Of a stretch of 64,000 nucleotides of DNA, positions 43,411-56,732 are shown piece after piece. The stretch's first letter is position 1. Every line of letters begins with the position of its first letter. The stretch comes from the human T2T-CHM13v2.0 reference genome, Homo sapiens. Location: the NCBI RefSeq assembly GCF_009914755.1, contig NC_060937.1; one strand, written 5' to 3'. The notes beneath the pieces were generated by a model. It did no database searches. It was not told the origin of the DNA and was given only the letters and a program-made list of their open reading frames with translations. Position numbers and translations under genes: made by a program.

Positions 43411-46400
43411 TTTAAAAGTAAAATGTTTATATTACTTTTAGTATTACTACAGTAAGTAATAATTAAAATATTCTTAAATATGAAAAATAGAAAGTATATT
43501 AAATGTTCTTGGAATTAATCTCTATGAGTAGAAATACTGGGTCCCAATGCATGAGATTACATAGATTGTCAAAACCCTTTTCATAACCCTTCCAGGTGCC
43601 TCTTATATTCTTGCAAACATTTGATGGCTGAAAATGAGATATCATTTGATGATATAATTTTATGGTTACCATCACATAAATTTTATTTTATATGTATTGA
43701 CAATTAGGTTTTCTTCCATCACCTATCTTTTTATCTCTTCTTGCACTTTCTACTAATGTCTTTATTCTCTTCCTTTGCATTGTACTAGAGTTTACGTCTG
43801 CATGCCATTGATTCTTATTACTAACAATATATGAATAAAATTTATGTTCTTCATCATTTCCACTATAAATGGTAATTATAATATTTTGTCTAGGGTTTCA
43901 CAGCCTTTCTTCAAAATCCCATCCATTTACTTCTTGGTCTTAGCCTCTCTTTACAGAGTGTTTTCTGCTCCAGTTCCTTAGAGCCACAGGCTTTTGTGTC
44001 CTACAGAAGAGTCTAAATCATTCCCTACATTTGATAAAATGAAATATTCAGAGTGATGCTTTTGCCATCATTGTGTAAGAAGGTTATAGTCTTACTTTGT
44101 TCTGAAGTATTTTTTCCAGTGATCAAGTGTCAGTCCTCATTTTATTTAATCACTCCGCAGCATTTGACACACTTGATCACATCTTTTCACTTGATTACTC
44201 TCCTAGCTCACCAGTCATTCTAAGTCTCTTTTGTTGGCTCTCCTCTTATGTACCTGTACAGGCTGCACTTTCCCAGGACTGTGTTTTACTGTCTGTTTTT
44301 CTATCTTTACATTTACTACCCAGGGAATGCTATACAGGCCCAGGTGTTTAAATGTTGTAAATGCTGATACTTTCTACTGTAGTTTCTCTAGCCCTCGTTT
44401 TTCTATTGACTTGGGTATGAGATCAAATTCCTTACAAATGAAGACTGACAGAGGGATTGACATACAAGGAACCTACTAAGGGGATGTTGTCATGGGTGGC
44501 CACAAAGAGCCTCAGGAAACAGAATAAGGAATAGATGAAACCAAGCAACAATTTGGTTTCAGATAAGGAGCCACAGAGTTTGTTCCACCTGGAAGAAACA
44601 AAGATGGGCTATTTCTCTTCATATGTGATGACAAGGAAGAAATTGTGTAATGTGAGGTGGTTCTGATAGCCCAAGAACAATGTATGAGCAGATGTGAGCA
44701 GCAATGTAGGCGATGCATGCAGCCATTCAGTGAACTTTGACACTAGGGCATTTGGGTGTTGCAACAACAGTGTCTGCTTCAATGTCAGATTGCTTACTTG
44801 ATATCTCTGCTTTAACATTAAGAGTCACCTAACATAAAACCATTTTAAAGTAGAATTCTGTGCCTTTTGACAAACTCTTCCAGTCTCATGATTGCTCAGT
44901 CTGCCCTAAGGAAAAAAAATTCAAAGCAGAGTGCTAAATTGAAGATAAATGTTTGCTTGGTACACTAACTTGCTTTCTATACTTGGTGACTCTCATGTTC
45001 CTGCATAGAGAACAGAATTCTCATTTGTACATCAAAGAACAACATCACTATGAACTTCTGGGCACTTAGGGAATATACTTATTATGATGATAAATTAACT
45101 GTATCTATATTTGAGTATCTCTTCTGCCTCTTTTTCCTAGTTGTGTTATCTTTCAGAGATATCTTACAAAAGAAAACCGGTTCTGAGGGGAAAGGTTTCC
45201 AATGAAAGCCTGTAGATTTTGTTGATTTAGATTCTGTCATTGTATTATATCATTTTCAATGCATTAAATTTTTATAGGTCTAAGGTAACCTTTCAAATTT
45301 TAAGAGCACTCTAATGGATTTTCACCGTACTGCCTGTATTTGAGTGAAATCATACAGCTCTCCTAGCTTTATCAAATTATTTATCTGACTCTGCTAAAAC
45401 ACCTAAACAATCCAAGCTTTTTATTCAGTGAATCAAATATTACACAATAAAATAAAGAGGGATGCACTTATACATGTGTATGAAAATGGAAAAGAGTCAC
45501 AACATAAATTTAACCAGTTATAAATTTAGATATCCCATCCAGCAACTAATTAAATATAGTAATATAACATATTAGTTTTTAAAGCATATTTTTATTTAGA
45601 GAGGACAAAAAGACACTCAGCTATCTTCTACTTGGTTGTGATTCTTACTTTCTTTGGAAATAGAACATAATAATATAGTTTTTACATCCCTAGGACATTT
45701 TCTCAGTTGGATGTTTCAGAGTAGACTACTTATTTTTAATGATTTGATATTCTGTCTTCACTGCCTTTTACACGGTTAAGTTACTTTCACTTTTATATTG
45801 CTAAAAATATTGTTCAACTAAAAACACTGAAGTCTCAAAAGCTGCACATATAAGCGCAATTAATGACTGGCAGTCAGTGTCCTTCATTTAGACTATCTGA
45901 AATTCATAGTGCAGCTTTATGCTCGTAACTGTTTTAACCTCTGTTGCTGTCATGGGATCTCTGCGCATATTTGCACATAGATCTCAGCAGGATGGTAAAA
46001 TGTATGTTTTTTGTTGGAAACTGGGATATTTTAAAGTCTTTAGCACAAAGACCTAACAATGAACACTTTTTCCGTTCTTTGTGGTTGACAAAATTCTGTT
46101 TTATAGAGAAAATACTAAAAAGCCAATATTGTACAAGTAGAAAATCTACCTCCAAGCCACATTTTGTTAAATATACCGAATAATTGGTTGTTATTTCTCC
46201 TTGAAATACAAATAACATAAGCAATCATACTTGACCTACTATATGCTAACAATCCAAACACAAAACAAAAACTTGTGCCTTATGACACTTTCATAAAATA
46301 TTCAGCCATAAAGTATTCACAAAGAGATAAATATTATCTCTTTATCAATATATTTATGAGTATGCTCAAAACTGCATATTTAAAAGTACCTTAACCATCC

Positions 46401-46869
46401 TAAGACTGCCAAGCACAACTGTTATTTTCATTAGAGTAGCATTAAGCTACATTTTAGTGAAAATTCAATGGGTAAATATTAAAATATACTTGTAAAGTCA
46501 AAAAAGCATAAGTCAAATCAGCATTAGTGGAGGACCTTCTGTATAAGTCTGTGAAACTACTTTCACAATCAAGAAAATATAATTTTCATTTGTTCACAAA
46601 AGGGTCTATATAAGTCAGTGTAATCCAAACCTCCTTCCATCCCGGTTTCCAGGCAACTACTGATGTAGTGTCACTATATATTAGATTGCAGGCTTTTATC
46701 ATTTTAAATAAATTGAATCTTCCAGTATTGCTTTGAATGTGGCTTCTTTCACTCAGAATTCAAATTTTGAGATTCATCTCTATTGTTCCAAGTTTCAATA
46801 ACTCATTCTATAATTGTTATATTAGATATAATAATTTTGTGTGACGTGCCCCTTTAATACATACTCCCT

Positions 46870-47340
46870 TAAGATGTAGCCATTTCTTTAACTCATGTTC
46901 TGTGGATCAACAATAGGTACACAGATAAATTCTCTACTCATCTGAACTGTGTTGACTCCAGCACTTTTAGCCAGATAACGGATTATGTTATCTGGCCAGC
47001 CTAGAGTGAGCCACAGTTGGGACAGCTCATCTCTCTTCCAGGTGTTCTCTAATCATTCATTCATCCATCCATTCATTCATTCATTCATTCACTTGGCTAG
47101 CTAAGCTTCACTAGATGAAGATGGCAAAGTGTAGGAAGAGTGGCAAGACAGAAAACAAATTTTCTGTCTGCAAAGTGCACTGTGCCTGCACTTTGAGGTT
47201 TCTAGATATGTTATATTTGCTGTTATTCCATTGGCTAACACAAGTCAGACAACCAAACACAGAATCTCTGTGGGAAGTGTTGTATCACCAAAAGGTCTGA
47301 ATATAGGAAGAAACATAATTTTAGTAGCTGTGTTTTTCCA
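46870..47340 (-). mobile_element. Old MLT1 LTR remnant with internal (TTCA)n at ~47053-47091
   Basis: ATATTTGCTGTTATTCCATTGGCTAACACAAGTCAGACAACCAAACACAGA. Confidence 0.5.
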
Positions 47341-48051
47341 ACTGAGTGAAGTGTTTTGCATGTCGTTGAATAGGCAATGAATAAATGATTTGTATTCAAT
47401 TTTTATCTGACTATTCATAGAATCATGAAGCATATTTTAAAAGAGCTTATACAAATAAAAACATTATCAGAACCAATTACCATTATTTGGATTGTTCTAA
47501 ATCAATTATGGGAAATGCTACTTAATTTTAAAATAACTTATTTATGTTAGAAGTCACGACTAAGAAGGCAGTAGATTGCATTGGCATGAACACAGTTTCT
47601 GCTTGGTAGATAATTTCTACATTCATTCCTTCTTAGGGCTGTTTAGCCAAATGCATTTTTGAAAAGTATAATGATTTCCACTTGTTAGCTTTATGTATAT
47701 AGTAAGCAAAGGTATGACATTGTTCTGACAAAATGAACAAGAGCAAGCCTGCTGTAAGTTTCTGGGTTTTATTTTCCTTTTTACTTAAAATATATTTTTC
47801 ACCCAAGGCAGGAATAGGAAGAAATAACACATTTTAAGGTACTTTTAAAAAATAATAGAGAAAAGAGCTTCTCAATTATGAAGCAGAATACTCCAAGTTT
47901 CAATATTCTAACAATGTATACTATATACTATCACTGTCCTTATTTTCTATCAGAAGTATATAGTCTCTCTCATCAGATAGCAACTTTTGTACATATATTT
48001 TCGTTATAATTTTATTTGGGTCTAAATTGATTACAAAAAAAGCCACCCTTT

Positions 48052-48618
48052 GGCTGAGCGTCGTGGCTCACGCCTGTAATCTCAGCACTTTGGGAGGCTG
48101 AGGCAGGCGGATCACGAGGTCAGGAGTTCGAGACCACCCTGGCTAACACTGTGAAACCCTGTCTCTACTAAAAATACAAAAAAAAAAAAAAAATTAGCCG
48201 GGTGTGGTGGCTGGCGCCTGTAGTCCCAGCTACTTGGGAGGCTGAGGCAGGAGAATGGCGTGAACCCAGGAGGCGGAGCTTGTAGTGAGCAGAGATCACG
48301 CCACTGCGCGCCAGCCGGGGCGACACAGCGAGACTGCATTTCAAAGAAAAAAAAAAAGGCCGAGGCGGGCGGATCACGAGGTCAGGAGATCAAGACCTTC
48401 CTGGCTAACATGGTGAAACCCCGTCTCTATTTAAAAATACAAAAAATTAGCCGTGCGCGGTGGCAGGTGCCTGTAGTCCCAGCTACTGGGGAGGCTGAGG
48501 CAGGAGAATGGCATGAACCCAGGAGGCAGAGCTTGCAGTGAGCCAAGATCACGCCACTGCACCTCCAGCCTGGGCAGCAGAGCGAGACTCTGTCTCAAAA
48601 AAAAAAAAAAAAAAAAAA
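48052..48618 (+). mobile_element. Tandem AluY pair (full copy 48052-48357; 5'-truncated copy 48358-48618)
   Basis: One TSD AAAAAAAGCCACCCTT brackets both copies. Confidence 0.92.
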
Positions 48619-48627
48619 GCCACCCTT

Positions 48628-49800
48628 CTAAAAATATAGTTATGTGACATTTCAACCACACATAGAGATATATAACTGCAGCCATACAACCAAGATATGT
48701 TGTATTGCTATCATGGCCCCAAATTCCCTCACACACATTTTGTAGATAATTTTTGCCCTTACTTGATCCTCTGGAAAGCCATGATCTGCCTTCTGTCAAC
48801 GTAATTTTTGCCTAATCCAGAAGGGCTTTAAAATGGACTCACAATATGTATTCTTTGAGTCTATTTTCATTGACTTGGCATTATGTATATGAGATTATGC
48901 ATGCTGACGTCTGTGTCAGTAGTTTGTTGCTTTTTTGTTGCTGAGTGGTATTTCCTTGTGTGGATGTGCCACAGAGTATTCACCAATTCACCACCTGAAG
49001 GACACCAGTTTGAAACAGTTTTGAATAAAGTTTCTATAAATATTCACAAGAGATGTTTGAATGAATACAACGTTCATATTTTGGGATAAATACTTAGAAC
49101 TGAGACTTTGGGTCATATGGTAAGTGTGCATTAATTTTATAAAAATTGTTTATTAGTTTTTAAATAGTTTATTAATAAAAATTGTTTACTACTTATTAAT
49201 TTTATAAGAAACAAGTTGTTTTCCATAGTGATTCTACAGTGTAGTCTCTCCAAAAAAGAAAAAAAAACCGTGGGAGGCACCCCCATCAACACTTGCTATT
49301 GACAGAACTATGATTTTAGCTATTCAAAGTTATCGATTTCACCAAAGAATAACGACTTTGAGAATCTTTCATAGTCTTATTTGCCATTCGTTCATTTTAA
49401 TTACTAAGTTGTTTGTATATTTAATGAGTTCTAATAGTCCTTTATATATTCCGGATGCAAGTCTTTTGTTAGCCATGTATTTTGAAAATATTTTATAGTG
49501 GAATTTACTTACTATTTTATTCTTTTCATACTTTGAATGGGCAGAAGTATTTAATTTGATAAACAATAATTAATCACATATTTCTTTTATAGGTTATGAT
49601 GTTTAAAAATTTTGCATATATAAATAACATTTTTCTCTTAATTTTATTAAAATTATAGTTAAGTATTCACATATAGACATTTAAGTTTATACTATCCTAG
49701 GTATTGGTTTTCATATATGAAATTAAAATTAGATCTAGGTTCAGCATTTTTGTACATGAATGTTCAGTTGTTTCAGCCCTACACTGTCTGAAAAGAGGAA
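48628..49800 (-). mobile_element. L1MC/MD-like 3' region, antisense
   Basis: TTGCTGAGTGGTATTTCCTTGTGTGGATGTGCCACAG; ORF 49369 ANKRLASGIYKGLL. Confidence 0.75.
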
Positions 49801-50084
49801 AACTTCTCAAATCAATGATCTGAATACTATATTAATCTATAATTAATTAACATCAGAGAGACAATTTTTATATAAAATTATAATTTAAAGTTTGTGCTCA
49901 CGTGTATATAGGCTGTGTCTTTGTGTCCATGTATTGTGTATCCATTGTTGTTTGTGTGTCTTGGGTGTGGTATCAATGACTAGTAAACAAATGCTTGAGG
50001 TCACTCTAATTATGCTCTCTTCCTAACATTTGAAACTGGGTGAATTTTTCTTTATGTGAAACATTTGTTTAAAATCATATTTTA

Positions 50085-50385
50085 GGCCAGGCGTGGTGGC
50101 TTACTCCTGTAATCCCAGCACTTTGGGAGGCCAAGGCGGGCAGATCACTTGAGGTCAGGAGTTTGAGCCCAGCCTGGCCAACATGGTGAAACCCCATCTC
50201 TACTAAAAGTACAAAAATTAGCCGGGCGTGGTGGCAGGTGTCTGTAGTCCCAGCTACTCAGGAGGCTGAGGCAGGAGAATCACTTGAACCCAAGAGATGG
50301 AGGTTGCAGTGAGCCGAGATCACGCCACTTCACTCCAGCCTGGGCAACAGAGCAAGACTCCATCTTAAAAACATTAATAATAATA
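50085..50385 (+). mobile_element. AluSx/Sz
   Basis: Full dimer with (TAA)n tail. Confidence 0.93.
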
Positions 50386-51047
50386 ATATTTTTAAATGTT
50401 TTTTATATTTGCTCTGACTATAAGTAAATGGAAAATATGGCATGTACATGATGAAAGTTAGCTTTTTCTTCACAGGTTAAAATGTTGACAAGACAAATGT
50501 TCACTCTGTATGTGTGACCTGATGCTGTTTATGCTTGCTCACATTTGTACTTTTAAAGACGTCGTTATATTTTCAATAACAAGAAGTATATTTGTCCTTA
50601 TTTAGAAGTATAAGAATTATTGATATAGTACAGTTATTGATATAATTTATTTTAATTTTAATACGAAGTAGAGTAAGAATTCAATTTATAACACAGGTAT
50701 AGAGATCATCCAAATAGAATTCAAGTGATCATCCATTTATGAACTACACATATTTTCTTCATAAGTTTGCTAACAACAAGGTTTGTAAACAATGTAAAGC
50801 TATGAGGAGCTGTAGATACAGACTCATAAAAGTAACAGAAAAATTGGCAAGCTTGAAGACATCAAATTTACAAAGTAGGGTCATTTATCAGTACAATTTG
50901 AGATGGAAAGAAAATAAATACTCTTGCGAAAATACGTTTCCATGTACCTTCCTAAATGCCTATCCCAGTATATACCCATAAGTGGTCTATTTCCTATTAC
51001 TTCCAAAAGAGTTTCAGTCCTTTTTTCTGTGAGAACAATATTTAGAT

Positions 51048-51382
51048 CAGGGCTCCCCAATCCCTGGCAAAGGACCAGTTGATGGTCTGTTAGGAACCGG
51101 GCCACGGGGCAGGAGGTGAGCAATGGGCCAGCGAGCATTACCATCTGAGCTCCGCCTCCTGTCAGATCAGCAGTGGCATTAGATTCTTATAGGAGCGTGA
51201 ACCCTATTGTGAACTGTGCATGCAAGGGGTCTAGGTTGCAGCCTCCTTATGAAAATCTAATATCTTTTGATCTTCTGAGGTGAAACAGTTTCACCCCAAA
51301 ACCATCCCTTACCTCCAAAACCTGTAGAAAAATTATCTTCCATGAAACAGGTCCCCGGTGCCAGAAAGTTTGGGGACCACTG
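51048..51382. mobile_element. MER1B hAT element, complete
   Basis: TIRs CAGGGCTCCCCAA / TTGGGGACCACTG; 8-bp TSD ATTTAGAT / ATATAGAT. Confidence 0.9.
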
Positions 51383-53831
51383 ATATAGATAATAAAAATT
51401 CAACTCCTAATTCTAACATAAGAATAAACGTAAAATATTAAGAAAGAAAAGTGTTTCAATGTTTCATAGCATGATAAAAGTAGATTCTGACTTATAATCA
51501 GCCCATAGTGCTGTCCACAGTTATAAACTTAGCCCTTTCATTCATGTAACATGTGGTGACCTAACAACGTCTTTAATTTATTTTCTAATTTACTGGTAAT
51601 GAGGAACATTATGGCAAATAGTAATTTTATTAGTTAGTTTATATTCAACAGTCTACACCTGTGTTAGGCATTATCAACAAATGATTAATGTGATCGGAGC
51701 AGCTCGCTTCATCAGAGAATGGCATTTTCACTCGCTCTGACACTTCATTGTGCCAGTCATCTCGAAACATAAGGTCACAGCTGTTCTGTGACATTTTTAC
51801 ACAATGGAGAATCAGCTTGTTCCGTAGAGAAATAAAAAAGAAATTTAATAACCTGACATTTGAAAGTATAAAAAAGGCATTTCAAATACAGGTAATTTTA
51901 CATGGATCTTATTGTGAAAACAACATCATGGTTAAATAAATAAGAATATTTTCTTAGGCCAATTATAATACACATTTCTAACAAGGCCATCATTGTCATT
52001 TTTTTCAGTATGCAAGACTGACCAGCTCATGAAATCTTTTCAGCATCCTACATCCCGTTTTTATTATAGATGGAAAATTGCTATTCATTAATATCTTAAA
52101 AATGCTTTTATAAGTTGTGGTATGTATTTATTTCAGCATAGAAATATAAATAGGCACATCTCTAACTTAAAATTACACATTTTAGTTGCAATAAAAGTAA
52201 ATGATAACATTTAATCTGCTTCTGTTCTCTCTTTTCAGCCTATAGATTTGTCTATTTTACTACCACTCTCGAGATTTTTTAATTGTTTTGAATTTTTATT
52301 CTCACTTAATTTCTACCTTATCTATAGGATATTGCTAGATTTGTATTTGCAATTATTTATGCTTTGAGTGTTGGCTTAATAATCACCAAAAAGTAAGGTT
52401 GCCTATTTAGACATTTTCTATTGAATGTTGATATTATTTCATCTTTTGTGAAAATACCTCAAAATCTTTAGTTCTTATTATAATAATTAGGCATTTGAGA
52501 GGCTACTTCTGGTCTAACTTAAACATTTGTTTTTCTGTTAGGTATGACTTTCAATAAAGAAATTATAAATGAAATTAATCAATAATTAGAGTTTTGATTT
52601 TTTAATTTGCCTTTTATACATATTTGACTTTTTGTTCTGCAAAATATTGAAAGCAGTATTTTAGCATCTTATGTTACCATTTTGTCTTGTGTGTGCCCTA
52701 AATTATTCTTCCCCTTTTCCCGTCCCCTCTCTCTCTATGTCTATATATATCCACCTTGCTTTCCATAATTTTACCCAGTTCAATGTCTTTCTAAGCCTTA
52801 TAGATGCTCATATTTTGAATGTAGCCATGTCTTCCACCACAATAGCCTCCTATGTATTTGCATCTGTATTTGGATATTGAATGTATACTCAAGATTAAAA
52901 CTAGGCCTCTAAAAATTTAAATATTTTGTAAAGTCACCAAATCCATGCCATCAAGTATTTCCCATCTCATCCCTACTCCAAGAGGTGATCACGCAAAGAT
53001 ATAGGAGTCATTCTTTATTATTCTCATTTCCTTCCATGCCCCCACAGCCAATCAGCACCAGTTGTTTAACTCTTCATGTAATATTGTCTCTAAATCCATC
53101 TTTCCTGCTATGCTTCTGTCTAAAATATTTGTTTGGACTACTGTAACAGCCTCTTAAGTGGTTGTTCTGTCTTTATTTTGGTCTTTCCTATAGTTTTTCT
53201 TTGAGATAACAGCCTGGGAACCATTTCTAAAGCATAAATGAGTAAACATGTTCATATACATGTCTGAAATTTAAGAGTCTGCACAATTGGTATATGGACA
53301 CAAATTGATGAAACTCGTTAAACCACCAAGGATTGCATATAAAAAGAGATTAGAAAATATTCCAGTACTAAGCCTGGGACCTGCTATAATTTAGAAGTGG
53401 TAAATTAGGGAGCCATCCAAAGATACTGACACTGATATGCTCACTGAGTGTGGTAGGAAAGAAGTAGGAAATGGTAGTATTTGGAAGCTGGGTAAAAAGG
53501 TGTTTTGCAAGTGAGAGTGCTTGCATGCTGAATGAGACTTCTGTTTCTGGCCTTTTCAGAGTAAATGACACTGAATTTGACCTCCTTTTGAAAACAATGC
53601 TAAAACTGGACAAAACACAAGAAGTAAATGTTTGCTGGTATTATGCAGTTTCACAAAGTTGAGGCTTGAAAGAAGAAAAACCATAATGTGAGCCTCATCA
53701 TCAACCTCGGATCACCCACTATTACCCTTGTGTTCTTCTTGAGAGCACTTTGCTGCTGCAATACGAGAAAAGGGATCTCAACTTTATAAGTGCTATTGCT
53801 CACCTGAGGACTGCTGCAGTAGTTATACTTT

Positions 53832-53971
53832 TTTTACTAAAATACCAGGGAGTTTGGTCTAGGTCCTGTACTACTACACAGTAGACAATGAGTATTGCCA
53901 GGGAAGAAGGCTTTAATTGAGTGCTGCAGTCAAGGAAATGGGACACTAGTCTCAAACCCATCTCTCTGACC
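53832..53971 (-). mobile_element. LTR54-like LTR fragment (3' portion only)
   Basis: GTTTGGTCTAGGTCC...GAGTATTGCCAGGGAAGAAGGCTTTAA, homologous to 55631-55740. Confidence 0.75.
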
Positions 53972-54064
53972 ATAAAAGAGTTTTCTTTGGAGTGATGGAA
54001 TAGTTTTGCATCTTGATTGTAGTGATCATTATATTAATCAATTCAGAATTATACATTAACTACA

Positions 54065-55611
54065 ATTCTTAATAACCTTAAATTTTAGTGAAAACTAAGA
54101 AAGCAAGAAATCCTGAACTGTCTATCAGATATTAGTTAGCATTTTATAGATGAGAACATTGCACAAATTTTGGAAACTATTTCCCCATTCTTATTTGGAA
54201 TTATGCAGACATTCAATAAGCATCAAAAATAATTTTAAGATTTTAGGCTAAACAAAAGTCACATAGAACATTTATTCCATTTACATGTACTCAATTCTTT
54301 TACTTTTTTGTTTCTCTAGTATACTTCTGAAAACTGAAATATTAAACAAAGCTAGTCATCATTTCAAGTAATTTCCTTGTTATTAATTTTTTAAGCCTGT
54401 GAATATCTAAGTAAGAAATTTAAAATTAAATACATAGGTATTTTTGTCAATAACTCAAAAGATTCAGCTGTTTTTACTAAGGTAAAAACATTAAATTAGT
54501 CTCATTTATCAAAAAAAACACATAAATATCTTGTTTTGACTGGATTTATACTTTCATAATCTTCTGCGCTCAACCTTGACACTTCAACAAATCTAGCAGA
54601 GACAAATACAGAACCCAGAAAAAAATGCATTCTAACAATTCAGAAGACATTTATATTTTTATCTTACCAATAATTTTAAAGCCAGCATGTTTACTAAAGA
54701 TTTACTTAAGTCACATGAACTTGAGAAATACTTTGGATTTATTTACCTAATTTATGAGTGCTCTTTTATTTATAGGTAAATTTCATAGACACAACATTAA
54801 AACCTGGATGCATGGGACTCCATCCCACCTTCCCATTCAACAGCAAAATTAGGCCCATGGAGAGAACAAACTTCTCCAGGTTCCAAATAATATTGGGCCA
54901 AACAGCATTACAAAAGATTATAAGTTTATCAAATTCTGATTTCTCATGACACACAAAAACACAATTACCAAAACACAATCCAACTGCTGCAACAAGCAAC
55001 AAGCTCCAAGAGTGTTCAGACTGAAACAGCAGGAGTGCTTCCGCTCTCCATCAGCTGGGCTTGATCTACTTGCAAAGGTCCACTAGCTTTTACTTTGGAA
55101 CTCTAGCCATGAGATAGCAACATAAACTCAACAGTTTATGGCCACGTTCAAATGGCTAAACTTTGTTTGCCCCAGTAAGTAATTAAGAAGAGCCAATCCA
55201 GCTGTCTGGTACCTACAAAAAACACTTGTCCAGACACACACAATTACAAACAAGCCCCCAAAAGTGCCAAAACTGAACAGTCAGGGTGCTTCCCTCTCTC
55301 AGTCAGTTGGGATTATTCAACTTGCAAATGGAAATTCCTTTATTACCTTCCCAGATTGAGAGGAGCAGTTCTTGCTGTCTGGGCCCATAAAGGATACTCA
55401 TGTAAATGGATGAAGATGTCAAATTTCAAAGGCTGTTTTTTCAGGCAATCAACGCAGTTGGGGCTGGCAGTGACAAGGCCAGAGAAAGAGAGACTGAGAT
55501 CCACCTCTGCCCAAAAAATGGTCAGGCGGCTGCTTAGGAAGGCTTCTAAAACTATTAGCTCATGGCAGCTGAGCCAGGAGCAACACATTCCCAGTCAGGG
55601 AACCAAAATCT
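54065..55611 (-). mobile_element. MER4-group ERV1 internal remnant (non-coding leader)
   Basis: Abuts the PBS and LTR; contains duplicated blocks at ~54950-55076 and ~55235-55328. Confidence 0.65.
55588..55605 (-). other. Retroviral primer-binding site, tRNA-Glu type
   Basis: Plus strand TTCCCAGTCAGGGAACCA versus tRNA-Glu(CTC) 3' end TTCCCGGTCAGGGAACCA (17/18, recalled sequence); 6 nt from the LTR. Confidence 0.8.
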
Positions 55612-56083
55612 TGTTATCATAATGCCAGAGGTTTGGTCTAGGTCTTGCTGCTCACTGCACAGAAAGCCAATCACTGAGACAAAGAGTATTGCCAGGGAAG
55701 AAGGCTTTAATCAGGTGCTGCAGCCAAGGAAATGGGAGCAACTAAAATCATTGGTTTATGTAGCAGGAAAGAAATGTAACAACATGCAGAAAAACAGGAA
55801 TTAGGGAGGGGTAAGGAAGAGTTGATCAACAGGAGGCAGTTGGTCGTTTAGGCAATCATGATGGGTGAAAGGTCTGGTGTCTCAATTGTCCAGATATGGT
55901 GATCTGGTAAGTTTCAGATCGTTGATACTATCAGGGAGGCCTGATGTTTGGTTTCCCGAGAAAGAAACTCAGATCTAAGACAACTGTAAGCTTCTCAAAT
56001 TTTAAGACTGGAAGGGTCACTTTCTATGTTCATTCAAAAGAAATCATAAATATCAGTTCTGTGGAACAATTGGGCTGGTTTCT
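55612..56083 (-). mobile_element. LTR54-like LTR (5' LTR of the provirus)
   Basis: Minus strand GAAACCAGCCCAATTGTTCCACAGAACTG ... ATGATAACA. Confidence 0.8.
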
Positions 56084-56199
56084 CTTCGATATGCAGAGTA
56101 TCGGGGAAAACAGTGTTATATGAAAAAAAAGCCCAGTTGTCTTTCTTCAAGGTCTTAACTGAATACTGGGCTGGTCATGTATAGGTAAGATTCCATGGA

Positions 56200-56570
56200 T
56201 TTGAATTCTGCTTCCAACCTATGTAGCACAAAAGGTATCATATATACCTTCCCACCTAAAACAACTAAAAACTGAAGAAACATAGATTTTAAAAATTCTT
56301 TCAGACATTGGGTATTAGATTACAAATAATGGCCTCTGAGATACAGAAAATAGATGAAGTGAACCTCCAGTTGCCCAAGATTCCTGTCTGGAGAAATTTC
56401 TGAGGTTGCATAGGGAGAGGAAACTCAGGCATAACTATCAGTGACCCTGAGTTGAGAAAACAAATATACTGGGAGTCAGGAGTAAGCATGGAGGCTAGAG
56501 TTTGCTTTACAAAGTGATAGACATGAGAGAGCTGGACAGAGGCAGAGCTGGGAATATCTGCAGAAGGTAC
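56200..56570 (+). mobile_element. Old L1M (L1MD/ME-like) 5' region
   Basis: TACCTTCCCACCTAAAACAACTAAAAACTG...TTTCAGACATTGG. Confidence 0.5.
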
Positions 56571-56579
56571 TTGATTATT

Positions 56580-56732
56580 CATATATGCATATATGAATAA
56601 TGTATATATGTATATATATGTACACACGCACACACATATAAATATGTAAATTATATATGTGTGTATAATGCAATACATATTTATATATATATACACATAA
56701 TATTTGTATTTTATATATATACATAGATATAT
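56580..56732. repeat. Degenerate (TA)/(CA)-rich low-complexity tract
   Basis: ATATATGCATATATG...TATATATATACATAGATAT. Confidence 0.85.

Noticed and set aside
46321-46343. Hairpin AAAGAGATAA-ATA-TTATCTCTTT
   Set aside because: Short, AT-rich and isolated; no supporting context.
55588-55605. tRNA gene
   Set aside because: Only 18 nt match a tRNA 3' end including CCA, next to an LTR; it is a primer-binding site.
56301-56696. 131-aa ORF, and the similar 126-aa ORF at 58515-58895
   Set aside because: Built from (TA)n/(TG)n tracts plus L1 or Alu sequence; translation artefacts.
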